NCBI RefSeq assembly: GCF_964355755.1 | Contig: NC_092679.1 | Coordinates: 5,052,201 to 5,116,200 of the forward strand | Reading direction: 5' to 3' | DNA length: 64,000 nt | Source of the DNA: Antedon mediterranea | Taxonomy: Eukaryota; Animalia; Echinodermata | Shown here: positions 52,601-63,364 of the stretch, piece after piece | Layout of the letters: each line of letters begins with the position of its first letter | Numbering within the stretch: the first letter of the stretch is position 1 | Made by a program: the position numbers and the translations under genes | Notes under the pieces: generated by a model | What the model saw: the letters and a program-made list of their open reading frames with translations, nothing else | Databases searched by the model: none | Told to the model about the DNA's origin: nothing

Positions 52601-55600
52601 AACGTTGGCTTGATGCTCACAGCTCAGAAACATTCTTAATAATTATTATAAGTTTTAATTATAATATCTTCCCTATTGCTTATTAGTATAGATTTATAAT
52701 GCAGATAGACAAAGAAAAGTATGTTGTATAAATAGACCAACATAAAGTAAAAGTTTGTGTGTACTTTGATGCAGATGGACGTGTATGACTCGACAAATAT
52801 TTATTTACTTAACCCATTTTTCTTGAGTCCAGGGAAACTTACTTATGTCTCTTTCCGTTGACGAAATTGATATCATGTTAACATTCGACATACACACTAA
52901 GTCTGTTAGCCACATGGGTTTGGTCTTTTCCCGCGGCTGTTCAATCTGTCGGTTGTGAGAAGAAGAAGAAGAAAACGACTATTAATGAGGTTGGCCGAAA
53001 TTCCAGGACGGTTACTGGGTTATGCAATGCGACGAGCGCGACAAGTTCCGCACCTGCTACAGCCGCTTGCGTAGTAGTTATCATTAGGTACAAGGCAGAC
53101 ATGATTAAGCTAGCCGGCGACATATTATAGGGTACTTTATTAATGAAACGTATGTATGGAATGAATTAGTAAACATTAGTCATGCTGCATTCGGTACATA
53201 TAAATAAATTTGTATATAATACAGAAAGCCCAGATAAAGGCACTGACAGATTATCTGGGCATAGGTCGATAGCCCCTGCACCGTCGTTAGCGGGTTAACA
53301 AGAGATTACTGACGGCAGCCATCGCACTAACAAAGATGATTGGGGTTGACATGACGTCATAACCGCTACTTCTCAATTATTATAATATCTTTATTTGATA
53401 ATTAATTCGATTAACTATTTCAATTTTTATAATAAAAAAGACAGAATAAAACGAATGGAGAATGTTTGTATAAAGTGGTCAAACCCAGAACTTCTTGGCG
53501 GAAGTAATAATTATATCATAGTATAATGGACAAGGATCCCATTTCAACACATCCCAACCAGACACTTTCGGCACATTTAAAAAAACAAGAAAAAAGCAAC
53601 AGACGAGTCGTTCTTTACATTAAGAGTATCATTAAATAAACGCAGAACAAACAAACACGTCACCAACAGAAACACAAAATATTAAAAATTTCAATTATAA
53701 ATTAATAATAAAAAAAATGTAAATCGCTCAAAGACCTTGTCATGTCAAATAATTTAACAAATTATTTACAATGTACATAATTTGGAATAGATAGTGGAAG
53801 TTTCTGTTGTATGTCCAACGTTAGTGTAACCTGTCACTATCATTTCTGTAAACTTTCGTGATCTTTCACAAAACAGCAATATGAAGGGTCACTTTGGGAT
53901 TTGAATCGATTACGAATTGATTCTGTACAATTTAATGAAAACTGTTGCTTACAACAACCTCGCCAACAGGGTGAAGTTATCTGTGCGATGTTAGGATTTG
54001 GTTTAAATAATAGAAAATTTACTGGGTCATAAAAATATTACATTTTCGAAAAGTGAAACAATTTGAATACAGTAGAACCCATATCAAGGGAAACCTTCAG
54101 GACAAAGTGTCCTTTTAATAGGGGCGTCTTCTGAATAGTGGGTGGGGCCGGGGCGTAGTGTTAAAACATATTATTTTGATTGTCTCAAGCCTACTTGATG
54201 ATTTGTATAGAGTTTGCACTTATTTTGAATTTGAATTTGAATTTCTTCTGAATTTGAATTTTGAATTTCTTTATTTAGTATTTCTTTATTTCTTTATTTT
54301 AGATGAATTAAATATGGAAAAATGCTTGACTATACTATAGTATAATACTGTATTATTATGATATTCTATTCAACCAACCAACATACCGTTGCAGAACGTA
54401 TATGATGCATATCGGTTGTCCAAAAGTTGACCACGCCCTCTTTACTGACTGAGATGTAACGACCGCCATGTTCTTCTTCCTTCATGCCTCCATGACGATG
54501 ACTTATTGTTTGGTAATATGCTACTTTTGTTATAGTATCTCGATGATTACTGAAAATATGATATTACATAAACGTTAATGTCACCACGAAAGAAGAGACA
54601 AAATGTGGACGCGCTCGTACTAAAGTCGCGAAAATATTATCAGCATTTAAAAGTTATCGTGAAATAAGTTTGTATTAATTACCGGTATTAGTCGTCAAGG
54701 TATCTTATGTTTGTATTAAAACACGATGTGTACATGCGTTTGGTCTGGTGGGTCACGTGGCGCAACGCATAGGCCTGAGACCCCTGGTTTAAGAACCCTA
54801 ATTGGCCCTCTAAAGCTGAAGGCCTCGTGTGTTTTTAGTCTTTTTCGACATATATTAATGCCTGTTGTTTTCGTTTGGTCACTGCTCATGGGCCCCCATA
54901 AGCTCCGGGGCCCCTGGTGCTCATAGCCGTTACGCCACCGGTGGCCTGTTCGTCCCTAAATTCGTCTGAAGAACCGCACCCTCCTTACAATAATTCGATG
55001 TGTAGCGAGGTATCCGAATTGAATTCAAATTTACTGTATGTTTATTTTATCGTCTGCTCAACATCAAACGCCACCACAAAGGTCTGGTCTTCAGACGATG
55101 ACTTTGCAGTTTCTTTACACGTTCAAGACGGCCACTGTTTCTCAACAGGTGGACCGCGTTGACACATGTTTTCAGGGTATTCATTCGTGTTTTTGTTGCA
55201 AAACATTTATTCATACCCTCCCTTCAAACAGGTCAGGAGGCTAAATGGTCACAGACGCCGGGGGAAATGGCGGCAACTGTGGGGAAAATGTTCACATTCT
55301 TGCAAACCACAATAAATCTAATAAGGATCGTGTTACGATTTAAAGACATCATCGTTACCTTGTAATTTCTCTCAATGGTCGAGGGAAGGGAATCTGCAAA
55401 AGATAAAAACACGAAATATATTGTGACACTAACTTGAACAACGCAATAGGCGTCACAAGTAAGCGTAACGCGTTCCATACGTTTACATGGTGACGCTTTA
55501 CGCGTCGTTGTAATGGGACTACCATCTTTAACAAATCTTCTAGATACGAAACATTATCAATAAGACGATTATATTTTTAATAAAAATAGTTTCATAAGAC

Positions 55601-58600
55601 TGAATAAAATTAGTCATTACTGGTTCGTGCCTTATTAAAAGTGTCGACAAAATAAACTAAGATAAAATAAGTAAAACAATTCGTAACGTAAACATTCATA
55701 AATAAGTAATCGCTTTTTAAACTGTTCCACAATAGTTGTAAATAATTAGGGCCAGGGACCTATAATATTATTATATGATGATGTAAAAATATCCAAGGTT
55801 TTTGAGAAAAAAATGTTAAAAAATATGTAAAGTACAATTATATGAACATATGCTAGTTCGATAAAGTCAATAACAATCGTATCAAAAATCTCCGATAAAA
55901 GTTGACCGAAAGAAAGGGAGGAGTCATAAACATTTAACCAATCAGCGTGACCGTAGTCGAGTGAAATGTACCCACACAAAGAGTTGAATAACATCCATCC
56001 ACACTGTGTCGAAAGCGGCAGGCTGTTTCTTTTAGCACTGAAACCTGCGGCAAATAATTAAGTTAGCGGTCTAACAAGCTAAGTTCAATGTTTTTGTACA
56101 TTATTCAGTGTCGCCTGCATACTGTCCATCATTGGCTTGGCTTAGAAAAAATTAGGACTTTACTCGATGCTTGCCAAGTCACGTGATGGAATGCAAAACA
56201 TAACTAAACACATTTGTTGGTTAGTCAGAAGTTGTTTATCGGTCACTTTTTTTTCCCAAAGCAAGAAATCAGGTCAAAACATAATCATTTCAATGCAAGT
56301 TTCTGTTGAAATTAGTTCGAACCCTTTGCGTATCCCAGCGGAAATACAATGTAATGAAATTCACAATCATCTATAATGAAATCAGAAGTTGTCCACCTGT
56401 AGTCCAACATACGTCACTCGAACCACAAACATTTATGCTGACTCATTCGTCTAGGCTAACTGTTCGCATTCATTAAACCTTAATATCAGCAATATACTTA
56501 TAATAAGGAAATGTATTAATGAGGTTGGAATGTCCGGTTGAGGCTTGGACGATTGGACAGGTGGCCCAGCACGCTGGCTACACGTGTTTATAAGTGAAAG
56601 GATTTTACGTTAGCCAAATAGGGCACTTAGTAGAGTAGAGGAGGTTTGGACTGAACCACAAATAAACGTTTGAAATTTGATATAGACGGAGTTAAAGTGG
56701 GCATATCTCTTGTCCGGTAATACGAAGTAATTAAAAGCGCAATGATATAAATAATTAAATAATTTCATTTGGTCTTTCAAATGTTTGTTGTGTTTATTTT
56801 AAGATTCTTTCTTCGTTTACTTGTAATTTTGTACATTGTTTACTGATACGTGTGTTTTTTGTTGTTGTTTACTGATTTGTTTGTTGTATATTTTTTACTT
56901 ATTTGTTTGTTCAAAATTATTGTTAACTAATTCATGTGCTTGTTCTTTACGGATTCGATTGTTATGTTGTTTAGTTATTTGTTTGTTGTTTACTGATTTG
57001 TTTGTTGTAATTTGTTTAATGATTTGTTTGTTGAAATTTGTTTACTGATTTGTTTGTTGTAATTTGTTTACTGATTTGTTTGTTGAAATTTGTTTACTGA
57101 TTTGTTTGTTGTAATTTCTTTACTGATTTGTTTGTTATAATTTGTTTACTGATTTGTTTGTTGTAATTTGTTTACTGATTTGTTTGTTGTAATTTGTTTA
57201 CTGATTTGTTTGTTGTTTGCTGTTTAATGATTTGTTTGTTGTAATTTGTTTACTGATTTGTTTGTTGTAATTTGTTTACTGATTTGTTTGTTGTTTGTTG
57301 TTTACTGATTTGTTTGTTGTAATTTGTTTACTGATTTGTTTGTTGTATATTTACTGTTGTATGTTGTTTATTGATGTTTATGATAAACATAATTTATCGA
57401 TGGAGATGAGCACATGCTGTCAAATTGTGTAATAGTTAATACATGGACCTATAATTAGATTATAATATATATAATTATATATATAATTATAGTTCCATTA
57501 TACAAAGAACACCCAAAGTGTCTGCACGATAATGGGATAGTTTACAAAAAAGGATGGGTTCTGACGTCACGTGTTTATGGTATTTTACTTAATATGATAA
57601 AATCATGGACTTACATCTTTAAAGAGGTTACACATCAGGTCACGCTCTTGGTATTCAAATAGCATATACGATAAATATTCATCCTAAAACAACAAAAAAT
57701 TACGATGTGTTAATACAAACAGTGACGTAAGCAGTTACTAGACAAACGTTGCTTTGAACGCCGACACCGTAAAAATATGAGTCAGGTGTGCCGAGTTAAG
57801 CTTGTTTCCTACCTGAACGCAAAGACATAGGCGCAAGGCAAGTGAGTTGACCAATCACAAGCGACAGTTCAAGTATTGTAATTCATCGTGACTGGCCTAA
57901 CTACTTGCGTTGCGCTTATGTCCTTACGTTACGTTTAATGCTTGGTTCCCACTAGAGACGCAACACAAGGACGTAACGCAACGTAAGTGAATTGGCCAAT
58001 CACAATCGATGGCTTATTCGGACTGTTGCTTGTCATTGGTCAATACGCTTGCGTTGCGTTTACGTCCTTGCGTTACGTTCTAGTGGGAACCACGCTTTAG
58101 GGATAACCAATCCGTACGAAGATGAAATATATACCAATACTTGTTGATGATATCTTATTTTAATTTTTAATAATTAACTTATAATATACTTTATTTTTTA
58201 CCTACCCAATCTACGGTACCATCACAGTTGGCGTCAACTTTCATAAAGACAATAGCAAGTTCGTGATCATCAACCTACGGAAAGATCATAGCGTCATTAA
58301 GCGTGGTTCCCACTAGCGACGCAACACAAGGACGTAACGCAACGCAAGTGAATTGACCAATCACAAGCGATGGCTTATTCGCTTGTGATTGTCTATAACT
58401 TCGCTTGTCATTGGTCAACACGCTTACGTTGCGTTTACATCCCTGCGTTACGTTCTAGTGGGAACCAAGCTTAAACCTGTATATAACGTATGTGTATATT
58501 AACAGACACACTTGGTTGTAGTACTTTGATTTTAATTGATCATCAACCGACGAAATGATCATATGTCATTAACCTGTATAAAACGATGTCATGTATATTA

Positions 58601-61600
58601 ATTTCGAGTAAACAGACAAACTTGGATGTAGTAGGCCTACTTTGATCTTAATCGAATCGCTTTTTTATTAACATACACGTGACATTCACGGTCTATAGGT
58701 TTTAGTGTGATGCATTACACACACCCAGTACCATAATTATTCTATCGTATGTGTTGTTGTAAACTAATTTTGAGCGATAAACATTAATGAAAGCGGTTTT
58801 TGTTAACGAACAAAACGATGTGTTTTGTCAAATCTGTAATAGAAATTTTACGTCGCACCTCAAAAGATGTCTGAAGTAGGGCGGAGAATTTTCCTTTATT
58901 AGAAAAACATGGCTTATATTAACAAGACAGTAAATGGGCCTGGGTTATTACTGCTTTTATTTCTAATTCTAATGGTCCAAAACATTTCCAAATGCTAGAT
59001 CTAGGCCTAGCATGGATCGGGTTTATTTTATTGGGTTTACTACCCTTTTAAATGTGACAGACAATTATGGAAATGACCAACAATTACGTAAGACCCAATG
59101 TTCGTCATCTAACGATGTCACGAGTAGACAAGTCGTCTGAGTTACAATTTCAGTAAAGAGTTTTGGAATTTGTGAGTGAGCAAATGGAAGGCTAAACCAC
59201 TTATCCTATTTTGTGTAAGTGATCAGATACGTTTATATATTATCGTCGTCGAAATTCGTATAATTATTTTATTGCTCAAACGAATATTGAAACTTCTGCT
59301 TTACGCTGGACTGCCGACGATATATTAATACATGAAAACCATTATAATACAAAAACAAAATTTAATATCAATTTTCCATATATTTTTCTAAAAAAAACTA
59401 TTTTAAAATAAATATGAGGAGTGATATCATGCATTGTCTGAAGGTAAAAATTTGTTTTGTAAACAAAAGAAAAACATTGTATCAAACTATGTACATGAAA
59501 ACTGAATTGTACAATACATTACTAGGGATGATTTCTACCTCCCTGATATTACAGTACTACAGTACATAGTTTAAAGGGCACATGGTGATCCCCTGCAGCC
59601 GTGGGCCTAATTATCAGGATTACTTACCATTCCTTCTCCCATTATTTTACGCATTGCTTGCCTAAACTCGTCAATGTCTAGGCGTCCCCCTCCGTCTTCA
59701 TCAGCTTCCTACAAAACACAACGAATATCAAGAATAGTTAAATTTTTTATGTAGCGTAGTTTGCTGCCATATAATAGTTCTTCGAGACCATACGATTGTG
59801 TATGTTTCTAATGTAGGCCTACATGATAATACATTATCTGTAAAAACTATAAGTCTAAACTATCAAATTTTATGTGACAAAAAAATTTGATGTACCCATA
59901 TATGGCCATGATGATGTCATATCAGTACCATATTTAAGCATATCGCTACCATATTTGGGCACATCACACTTTTTTTGTCAAAATAGTTTGATAGTGTAGA
60001 CAGAGATTTAGAAGCATTCTACAAAATGACTGGTTCGAGCCCCATCAATTATTTTTTTGCGTGAGTAGATTTATTTTTTGTTTGAAATTATACCACCACC
60101 GAAGAAAAAAGACACGGTCGAAGCGCGTTCATTCTTACCGCAGATGGCCGCGTGGCCCAATGGATACGGCGTCCGACTTCGAATCGGAAGATTGTGGGTT
60201 CGAGTCCCATCGTGGTCAAACATTTTTTTCCATCCATTCCAAAACGGAATACTGTAAATTATTCTGTTTCTCACTAAATGTTTTGTTAAATATTAATATA
60301 AGAATCATTACTATTTCAATTAATTTTATTCTATTTATGGAAGATATTTAATTTAAAGTTTCCTTAAAGATCAATTGTCCTCTAAAAACATGAAAAATGA
60401 AGATTAATTAAATCAGACTTTGAATGTGTTATTTTGTAGTTTTAATAAAGTTAATCACTGTCGTAGAAAAAAAACTCGGAAAAAAAAATGTTTTCACTTA
60501 TAAAATGACAAAATAAACGGTTAAATTCAACCAAAAACCCATGGCTGGCAGCCAATTTGCCCATTTTTTGCTTTAAAGTACGGTTTTTTCAGGAAAATAC
60601 ATTTTTTTCGATCCAATTTTTGGTCAAAGTGGATAACTATTATGTTACATTAAAATGGCATATTCAACAAAAAAATTGTTAAGAATTATTTTTCCAGGGG
60701 GACAATATACATCTTTAATAATAATAAATAAATAGTCAATAAAGCACAAACCTTTACAAACACAATGTAATTTGATTTATGGAAACTAGTTTAATTTAAT
60801 ATGAACTACATTTTCTAATTACTATGAAATATAACATGATTTAATTTAAAATTAAACGGAAGTTTAAGTAAGTACAAATTAAATACTAATCTAAGAACAT
60901 TCGACGAGGACTTAGTGCTCACTTAAGCAACAAATAAAATGTAAAGACGTCGAACTCTCTGTAGGCCTTTACGACCACACCCATTATGTCAAGCCAGTCA
61001 TGTTCTTCACTCTATCGTGTTTCAGTATAACTTAGTGATAAATAGGAAGAACAATTACTTATATAATGTTATTCAAGTGTTTAAATGATCATGCACAATG
61101 TTACTTTAAAAAATGTTTAATGATGTTTGCACTCATATTGTACACGTAGTCAGAGTTATAATACAATTATTGAACCATCATGGAAAAATACACAAGGTAA
61201 AAAAAATTTTCAGATTATCAACCAGATTATGGAAAAAACTTTCAAATGACACAAAAACAAACTATGAATCTATGACACTTTCAATCCAAAATATTACTTA
61301 TTACTATTAAGCATTAAGTATCTTATACCTTGAATTCATTTCATTATTTATATACAAATGTTTAGTAGATAGTTAGCTTTTTGTAAATATATGTGTACTA
61401 ATGTTTTGTTAGTTGTCTTTGAATTATTTTTGATATAAAAATATTATTTATTGAAGCTACACCTCATTCATTCAGTATAAAGACAGAATATAATAATAAT
61501 ACCTACTGTGAACTATTAGTAGTTACTTTCTGTTCACACATAAATACATGTGTTCTTCACAATATCCAATCAATATTATTGTTAACCTCTATTCACACAT

Positions 61601-62003
61601 ACATTTTATTATGTTTTACAATGATACAAAAGAAGAGATAACGCACCTCAAATATTTCTTGTAATTTACTTAAGTGATCATTGTTCATCTCGTCCTCTAG
61701 TCGGGACACGTTGTCGGTTTCCTGTTCTCCGTTCCTGCCATTGGTCGCCGAATCTTTGGAGCTCTGAAAATGATTAGAATTATTAACCTGCGACACTTTT
61801 CTACGCATACTACTACAATCAAATGGGTTTATATCATACTCGGTCTTAAGGTCACTCCAACCTGTCCTGATTAGAGCAGCCCTTAGCTCTTGGTCACTCA
61901 ATGCTACTGGTTTCATCTGAGTAGCAGGTTTCGGCGCTGGGTGGTCAGCAGAACTGATTGTTGCTGACGAGACCAATGCCAATTGATCTGCCACTTCCTT
62001 CAT
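31397..62003 (-). CDS. EF-hand + WD40-repeat protein (WDR49/CFAP337-, EFCAB8-, WDR64-, WDY-like), 22 coding exons, ~1305 aa
   Basis: 22 GT-AG exons with continuous phase, total 3918 nt: 61647-62003, 59628-59708, 58206-58274, 57615-57683, 55359-55393, 54387-54549, 52843-52945, 51358-51442, 50957-51081, 49591-49664, 49219-49337, 47547-47614, 45182-45330, 44551-44688, 40756-41109, 40365-40435, 38009-38693, 37342-37557, 36458-36803, 35424-35571, 34301-34514, 31397-31645. EF-hand loops DEDGGGRLDIDE and DANCDGTVDWDE are followed by many WD repeats (TGGMDRAVRIWN, SCCHDSVVSVWD, TGGRNGTVKIWN, TSSYDGDILIWS, TCSSDCSVRLWT). The family call rests on recognising the architecture, not on a search. Confidence 0.88.
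32504..33593. mobile_element. Non-autonomous DNA transposon with TATGG..CCATA ends and 6-bp TSD TGTAGA (IS3EU-like)
   Basis: ~130-150 bp TIRs containing 21-bp repeats (GCAGAAACGTACAACGTACTC); TGTAGA at 32498-32503 and 33594-33599. Confidence 0.8.
32740..32960 (+). pseudogene. Decayed non-LTR retrotransposon (LINE) ORF2 fragment
   Basis: Translates WRTHFESLF..LDLNNDITVDEVIHAIK* then, after a frameshift, KTGKSPGIDGLL, the conserved segment preceding the RT domain. Confidence 0.7.
34301..34514 (-). CDS. WD40/EF-hand gene exon 21
   Basis: CAG|.LTKNIMMIISR..VLGKSYKPKTRH..HNQNQ|GTAATT. Confidence 0.83.
35424..35571 (-). CDS. WD40/EF-hand gene exon 20
   Basis: TAG|.TFGQKGGWP..RVASALTLKVLNGGIRSRW.|GTTAGT. 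Confidence 0.83.
36458..36803 (-). CDS. WD40/EF-hand gene exon 19
   Basis: CAG|VWDITEYC..SFRAH..TCSSDCSVRLWTICGRYI.|GTAAG. Confidence 0.9.
37342..37557 (-). CDS. WD40/EF-hand gene exon 18
   Basis: TAG|VLFLQTRP..ASGAEGWVRAWS..ITGDTLGYIK|GTAAAT. Confidence 0.9.
37813..37885 (+). tRNA. tRNA-Arg(TCG), solo intronic copy, antisense to the host gene
   Basis: 73-nt cloverleaf GGCCGCGTGGCCCAACGGATAAGGCGTCCGACTTCGAATCGGAAGATTGTGGGTTCGAGTCCCATCGTGGTCG followed by a T-run. Confidence 0.95.
38009..38693 (-). CDS. WD40/EF-hand gene exon 17 (WD repeat plus long S/T/D-rich insert)
   Basis: ORF 37952..38704 trimmed to TAG| and AAG|GTTAGT. Confidence 0.9.
39226..39467. mobile_element. Degenerate MITE A2. 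Other decayed family A copies lie near 6960-7098, 13930-14301, 15990-16109, 33700-33950, 34120-34250, 34600-34740, 35635-35775 and 51150-51310
   Basis: Residual GTGGGAACCA TIR and the internal GATTTCACGCAGG..GGGCATTTTCTTACGTTGC motif. Confidence 0.7.
40365..40435 (-). CDS. WD40/EF-hand gene exon 16
   Basis: TAG|ITGIVVPRQRIVTAGWNRRVTTY.|GTAAGT. Confidence 0.85.
40756..41109 (-). CDS. WD40/EF-hand gene exon 15
   Basis: ORF 40738..41115 trimmed to CAG| and |GTGAG; two WD repeats. Confidence 0.9.
41211..41283 (-). tRNA. tRNA-Arg(TCG)-derived gene with anticodon TTG (Gln-type anticodon on an Arg body)
   Basis: Same as the 37813 copy except the anticodon loop reads CT-TTG-AA (plus-strand A instead of G at 41249). 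Confidence 0.85.
41635..41707 (-). tRNA. tRNA-Arg(TCG), array copy 2
   Basis: Intact 73-nt cloverleaf, A/B boxes, T5 terminator. Confidence 0.95.
42057..42129 (-). tRNA. tRNA-Arg(TCG), array copy 3
   Basis: Intact cloverleaf. Confidence 0.95.
42479..42551 (-). tRNA. tRNA-Arg(TCG), array copy 4
   Basis: Intact cloverleaf. Confidence 0.95.
42902..42974 (-). tRNA. tRNA-Arg(TCG), array copy 5
   Basis: Intact cloverleaf; D-loop C>T variant (CAATGG). Confidence 0.95.
43325..43397 (-). tRNA. tRNA-Arg(TCG), array copy 6
   Basis: Intact cloverleaf; same D-loop variant as copy 5. Confidence 0.95.
43751..43823 (-). tRNA. tRNA-Arg(TCG), array copy 7
   Basis: Cloverleaf with C72T, giving a G1:U72 wobble. 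Confidence 0.85.
44183..44255 (-). tRNA. tRNA-Arg(TCG), array copy 8, probable pseudogene
   Basis: C72A breaks the first acceptor pair; T-loop TTCGTGT has lost the conserved A58 of the B-box. Confidence 0.7.
44551..44688 (-). CDS. WD40/EF-hand gene exon 14
   Basis: TAG|GIKVWDMRDQTCLQ..LILGTNQ|GTAGGT. Confidence 0.88.
44986..45207. repeat. Three 75-bp tandem units spanning the exon 13 donor site
   Basis: CACCTTATCTTTTCCTACAGTGATAATCT recurs at 45029, 45104 and 45179. Confidence 0.9.
45182..45330 (-). CDS. WD40/EF-hand gene exon 13
   Basis: AAG|.TGGMDRAVRIWNPYVTSKATGMMKGHTSAVTNVV..IITVGKDK|GTGAAT. Confidence 0.88.
47547..47614 (-). CDS. WD40/EF-hand gene exon 12
   Basis: AAG|.GSFFKLRKGVLCFDYCKENNII.|GTAAG. 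Confidence 0.82.
48569..49171. mobile_element. Non-autonomous foldback-like DNA transposon with TATGG..CCATA ends and 6-bp TSD CATTAC (IS3EU-like)
   Basis: ~200-bp TIRs with internal (GAATGAAATGTTTT)n; CATTAC at 48563-48568 and 49172-49177. Confidence 0.8.
49219..49337 (-). CDS. WD40/EF-hand gene exon 11
   Basis: TAG|SLHDDWVRKVKYCDNLHSFVSCS..LEGKK.|GTACAC. Confidence 0.83.
49591..49664 (-). CDS. WD40/EF-hand gene exon 10
   Basis: CAG|.GSRRVPFPDLLRGSVKGVKAIRCS|GTAAGT. Confidence 0.8.
50957..51081 (-). CDS. WD40/EF-hand gene exon 9
   Basis: AAG|.FDKKNMNNAVLMFGDSAGGVSAIIF..QNAKS.|GTATCC. Confidence 0.82.
51358..51442 (-). CDS. WD40/EF-hand gene exon 8
   Basis: TAG|.FYDINASKFDKCFQVSGLEYPALCMDY.|GTGAG. 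Confidence 0.85.
51600..51814. repeat. Imperfect (ATG)n microsatellite
   Basis: Read directly. Confidence 0.9.
52843..52945 (-). CDS. WD40/EF-hand gene exon 7
   Basis: CAG|IEQPREKTKPMWLTDLVCMSNVNMISISSTERDI|GTAAGT. Confidence 0.85.
54387..54549 (-). CDS. WD40/EF-hand gene exon 6
   Basis: CAG|..NHRDTITKVAYY..GRYISVSKEGVVNFWTTDMHHIRSAT|GTATGT. Confidence 0.85.
55359..55393 (-). CDS. WD40/EF-hand gene exon 5 (35 nt)
   Basis: TTTTGCAG|IPFPRPLREIT+AG|GTAACG; supplies the required phase 0 to phase 2 change. Confidence 0.75.
56860..57360. repeat. T/G-rich minisatellite, ~26-bp unit TTTGTTTACTGATTTGTTTGTTGTAA
   Basis: Read directly. Confidence 0.88.
57615..57683 (-). CDS. WD40/EF-hand gene exon 4
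   Basis: TAG|DEYLSYMLFEYQERDLMCNLFKD|GTAAGT; completes EF-hand 2. Confidence 0.85.
57799..58095. mobile_element. Two adjacent or nested family A MITEs
   Basis: Degenerate copy followed by an intact copy ~57938-58095. Confidence 0.75.
58206..58274 (-). CDS. WD40/EF-hand gene exon 3 (EF-hand 2)
   Basis: TAG|VDDHELAIVFMKVDANCDGTVDW|GTAGG. Confidence 0.88.
58300..58471. mobile_element. MITE family A1
   Basis: Full TIRs, flanks TTA/TAA; empty-site paralog near 58565. Confidence 0.88.
59628..59708 (-). CDS. WD40/EF-hand gene exon 2 (EF-hand 1)
   Basis: TAG|EADEDGGGRLDIDEFRQAMRKIMGEGM|GTAAGT. Confidence 0.88.
60146..60218 (+). tRNA. tRNA-Arg(TCG), solo intronic copy, antisense to the host gene
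   Basis: 73-nt cloverleaf with D-arm variants and A73; T-run terminator downstream. Confidence 0.9.
61647..62003 (-). CDS. WD40/EF-hand gene exon 1 (5' boundary uncertain)
   Basis: ORF 61593..62003; donor GAG|GTGCGT after LQEIFE. Confidence 0.7.
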
Positions 62004-62455
62004 TTCGCACCATATAATTTGTGTACAGCAAAGTCGAAATAATTAATAAGTATAATTAATCATTTTACACGGTTAACTGTCCTAACCGGTGTAGCGTTTA
62101 TTTAGATAGCAACGGGAGTCTAAAACTAAGTAGTCCTATTCGACAATGAATTGTATTGATTTTGTTTATAATCGATATAAGAAAACCTTGTCATGATCTT
62201 TTGTCAGCCGATTGTATTGTCAACAACCTCCAAAGCAATAGTTACATTGTTATTAATTGAACAGACCAATATTAAGACGATTAGACATTTAGTGTATGGT
62301 AATTACGATATGTCCATGTGGGGATATACTGTACAATAACTGCAACAGGTTCATTTGATGATTCCGCAACAATGAAGGGGCAGCAATGGAAGGCTTGAAG
62401 GACCAGTTTAAAGAAATAAGAACGGTCAGCCACGGATAAAGCTGACGTAAACTAA

Positions 62456-62637
62456 AGTGTGGTTCCCACTAGCGACGCAACGCAAGGACGTAACGCAACG
62501 CAAGTGAATTGACCAATCACAAGAAGCGAAGGCTTATTCGCTTGTGATTACTAACTGTCTATAACTTCGCTTGTCATTGGTCAACACGCTTACGTTGCGT
62601 TTACGTCCTTGCGTTACGTTCTAGTGGGAACCAAGCT
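62456..62637. mobile_element. MITE family A1
   Basis: Full TIRs, flanks TAA/TAA. Confidence 0.85.
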
Positions 62638-62819
62638 TAAAGACGTAAGAACACACCCAAGGACGTACGCCCAACACCAGTAATTTGACCACTCACAAGC
62701 CGACAGTGGAACCAAGTTTTTAGATACCTGATTTGAGCGTTTGTTTGTTTGTAATATATATTGCTATCCATAATATAATATATTATAATTTGAAATTAAC
62801 AAAATCATACAGAAACTAA

Positions 62820-63009
62820 AGCGTGGTTCCCACTAGCGACGCAACGTAACGAAATCTACGCAACGTAAGCAAATGCCCTTCTACTAATTGTGTTTTCCCC
62901 CGCCTGCGTGAAATCAAACCTATTGCGTCGTCGGTTCCCACTTGTGATTACGTAATACAGTACTTTACGTCGATACGTCGCTGCGTTGCGTTCTAGTGGG
63001 AACCACGCT
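62820..63009. mobile_element. MITE family A2
   Basis: Full TIRs, flanks TAA/TTA. Confidence 0.85.
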
Positions 63010-63181
63010 TTAATAATTATACATTTATGGTATAGGAGTTGATAACCCTTTAAGCAACATAAAATATCATACGAGTATTTCTTATACTCAATTTCATTAA
63101 TTATAAACGGAAGTGATTCGAGAGTGTTAAATAATTGTATAATCATGGACCTATAAACTAATTTATAGGTCCATGGTATAA

Positions 63182-63342
63182 AGCTTTATCTACACTATCA
63201 AACTTTATGTGTCAAAAAAATGTGATGTGCCCATATATGGACATGATGATGTCATATCACTACCATATTTAAGCATAGCACTACCATATATAGGCACATC
63301 AAACTTTTTTGACACATAAAGTTTGATAGTGTATACAAGGCT
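63182..63342. mobile_element. MITE family B. Other copies at 48324-48485, 49383-49525, 52378-52547 and 59851-60007
   Basis: TIR AGCTCTGTCTACACTATCAAACT-like; internal CACTACCATATTTGGGCACATCAC repeats. Confidence 0.75.
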
Positions 63343-63364
63343 TAATATACATTATACTTCTTGA

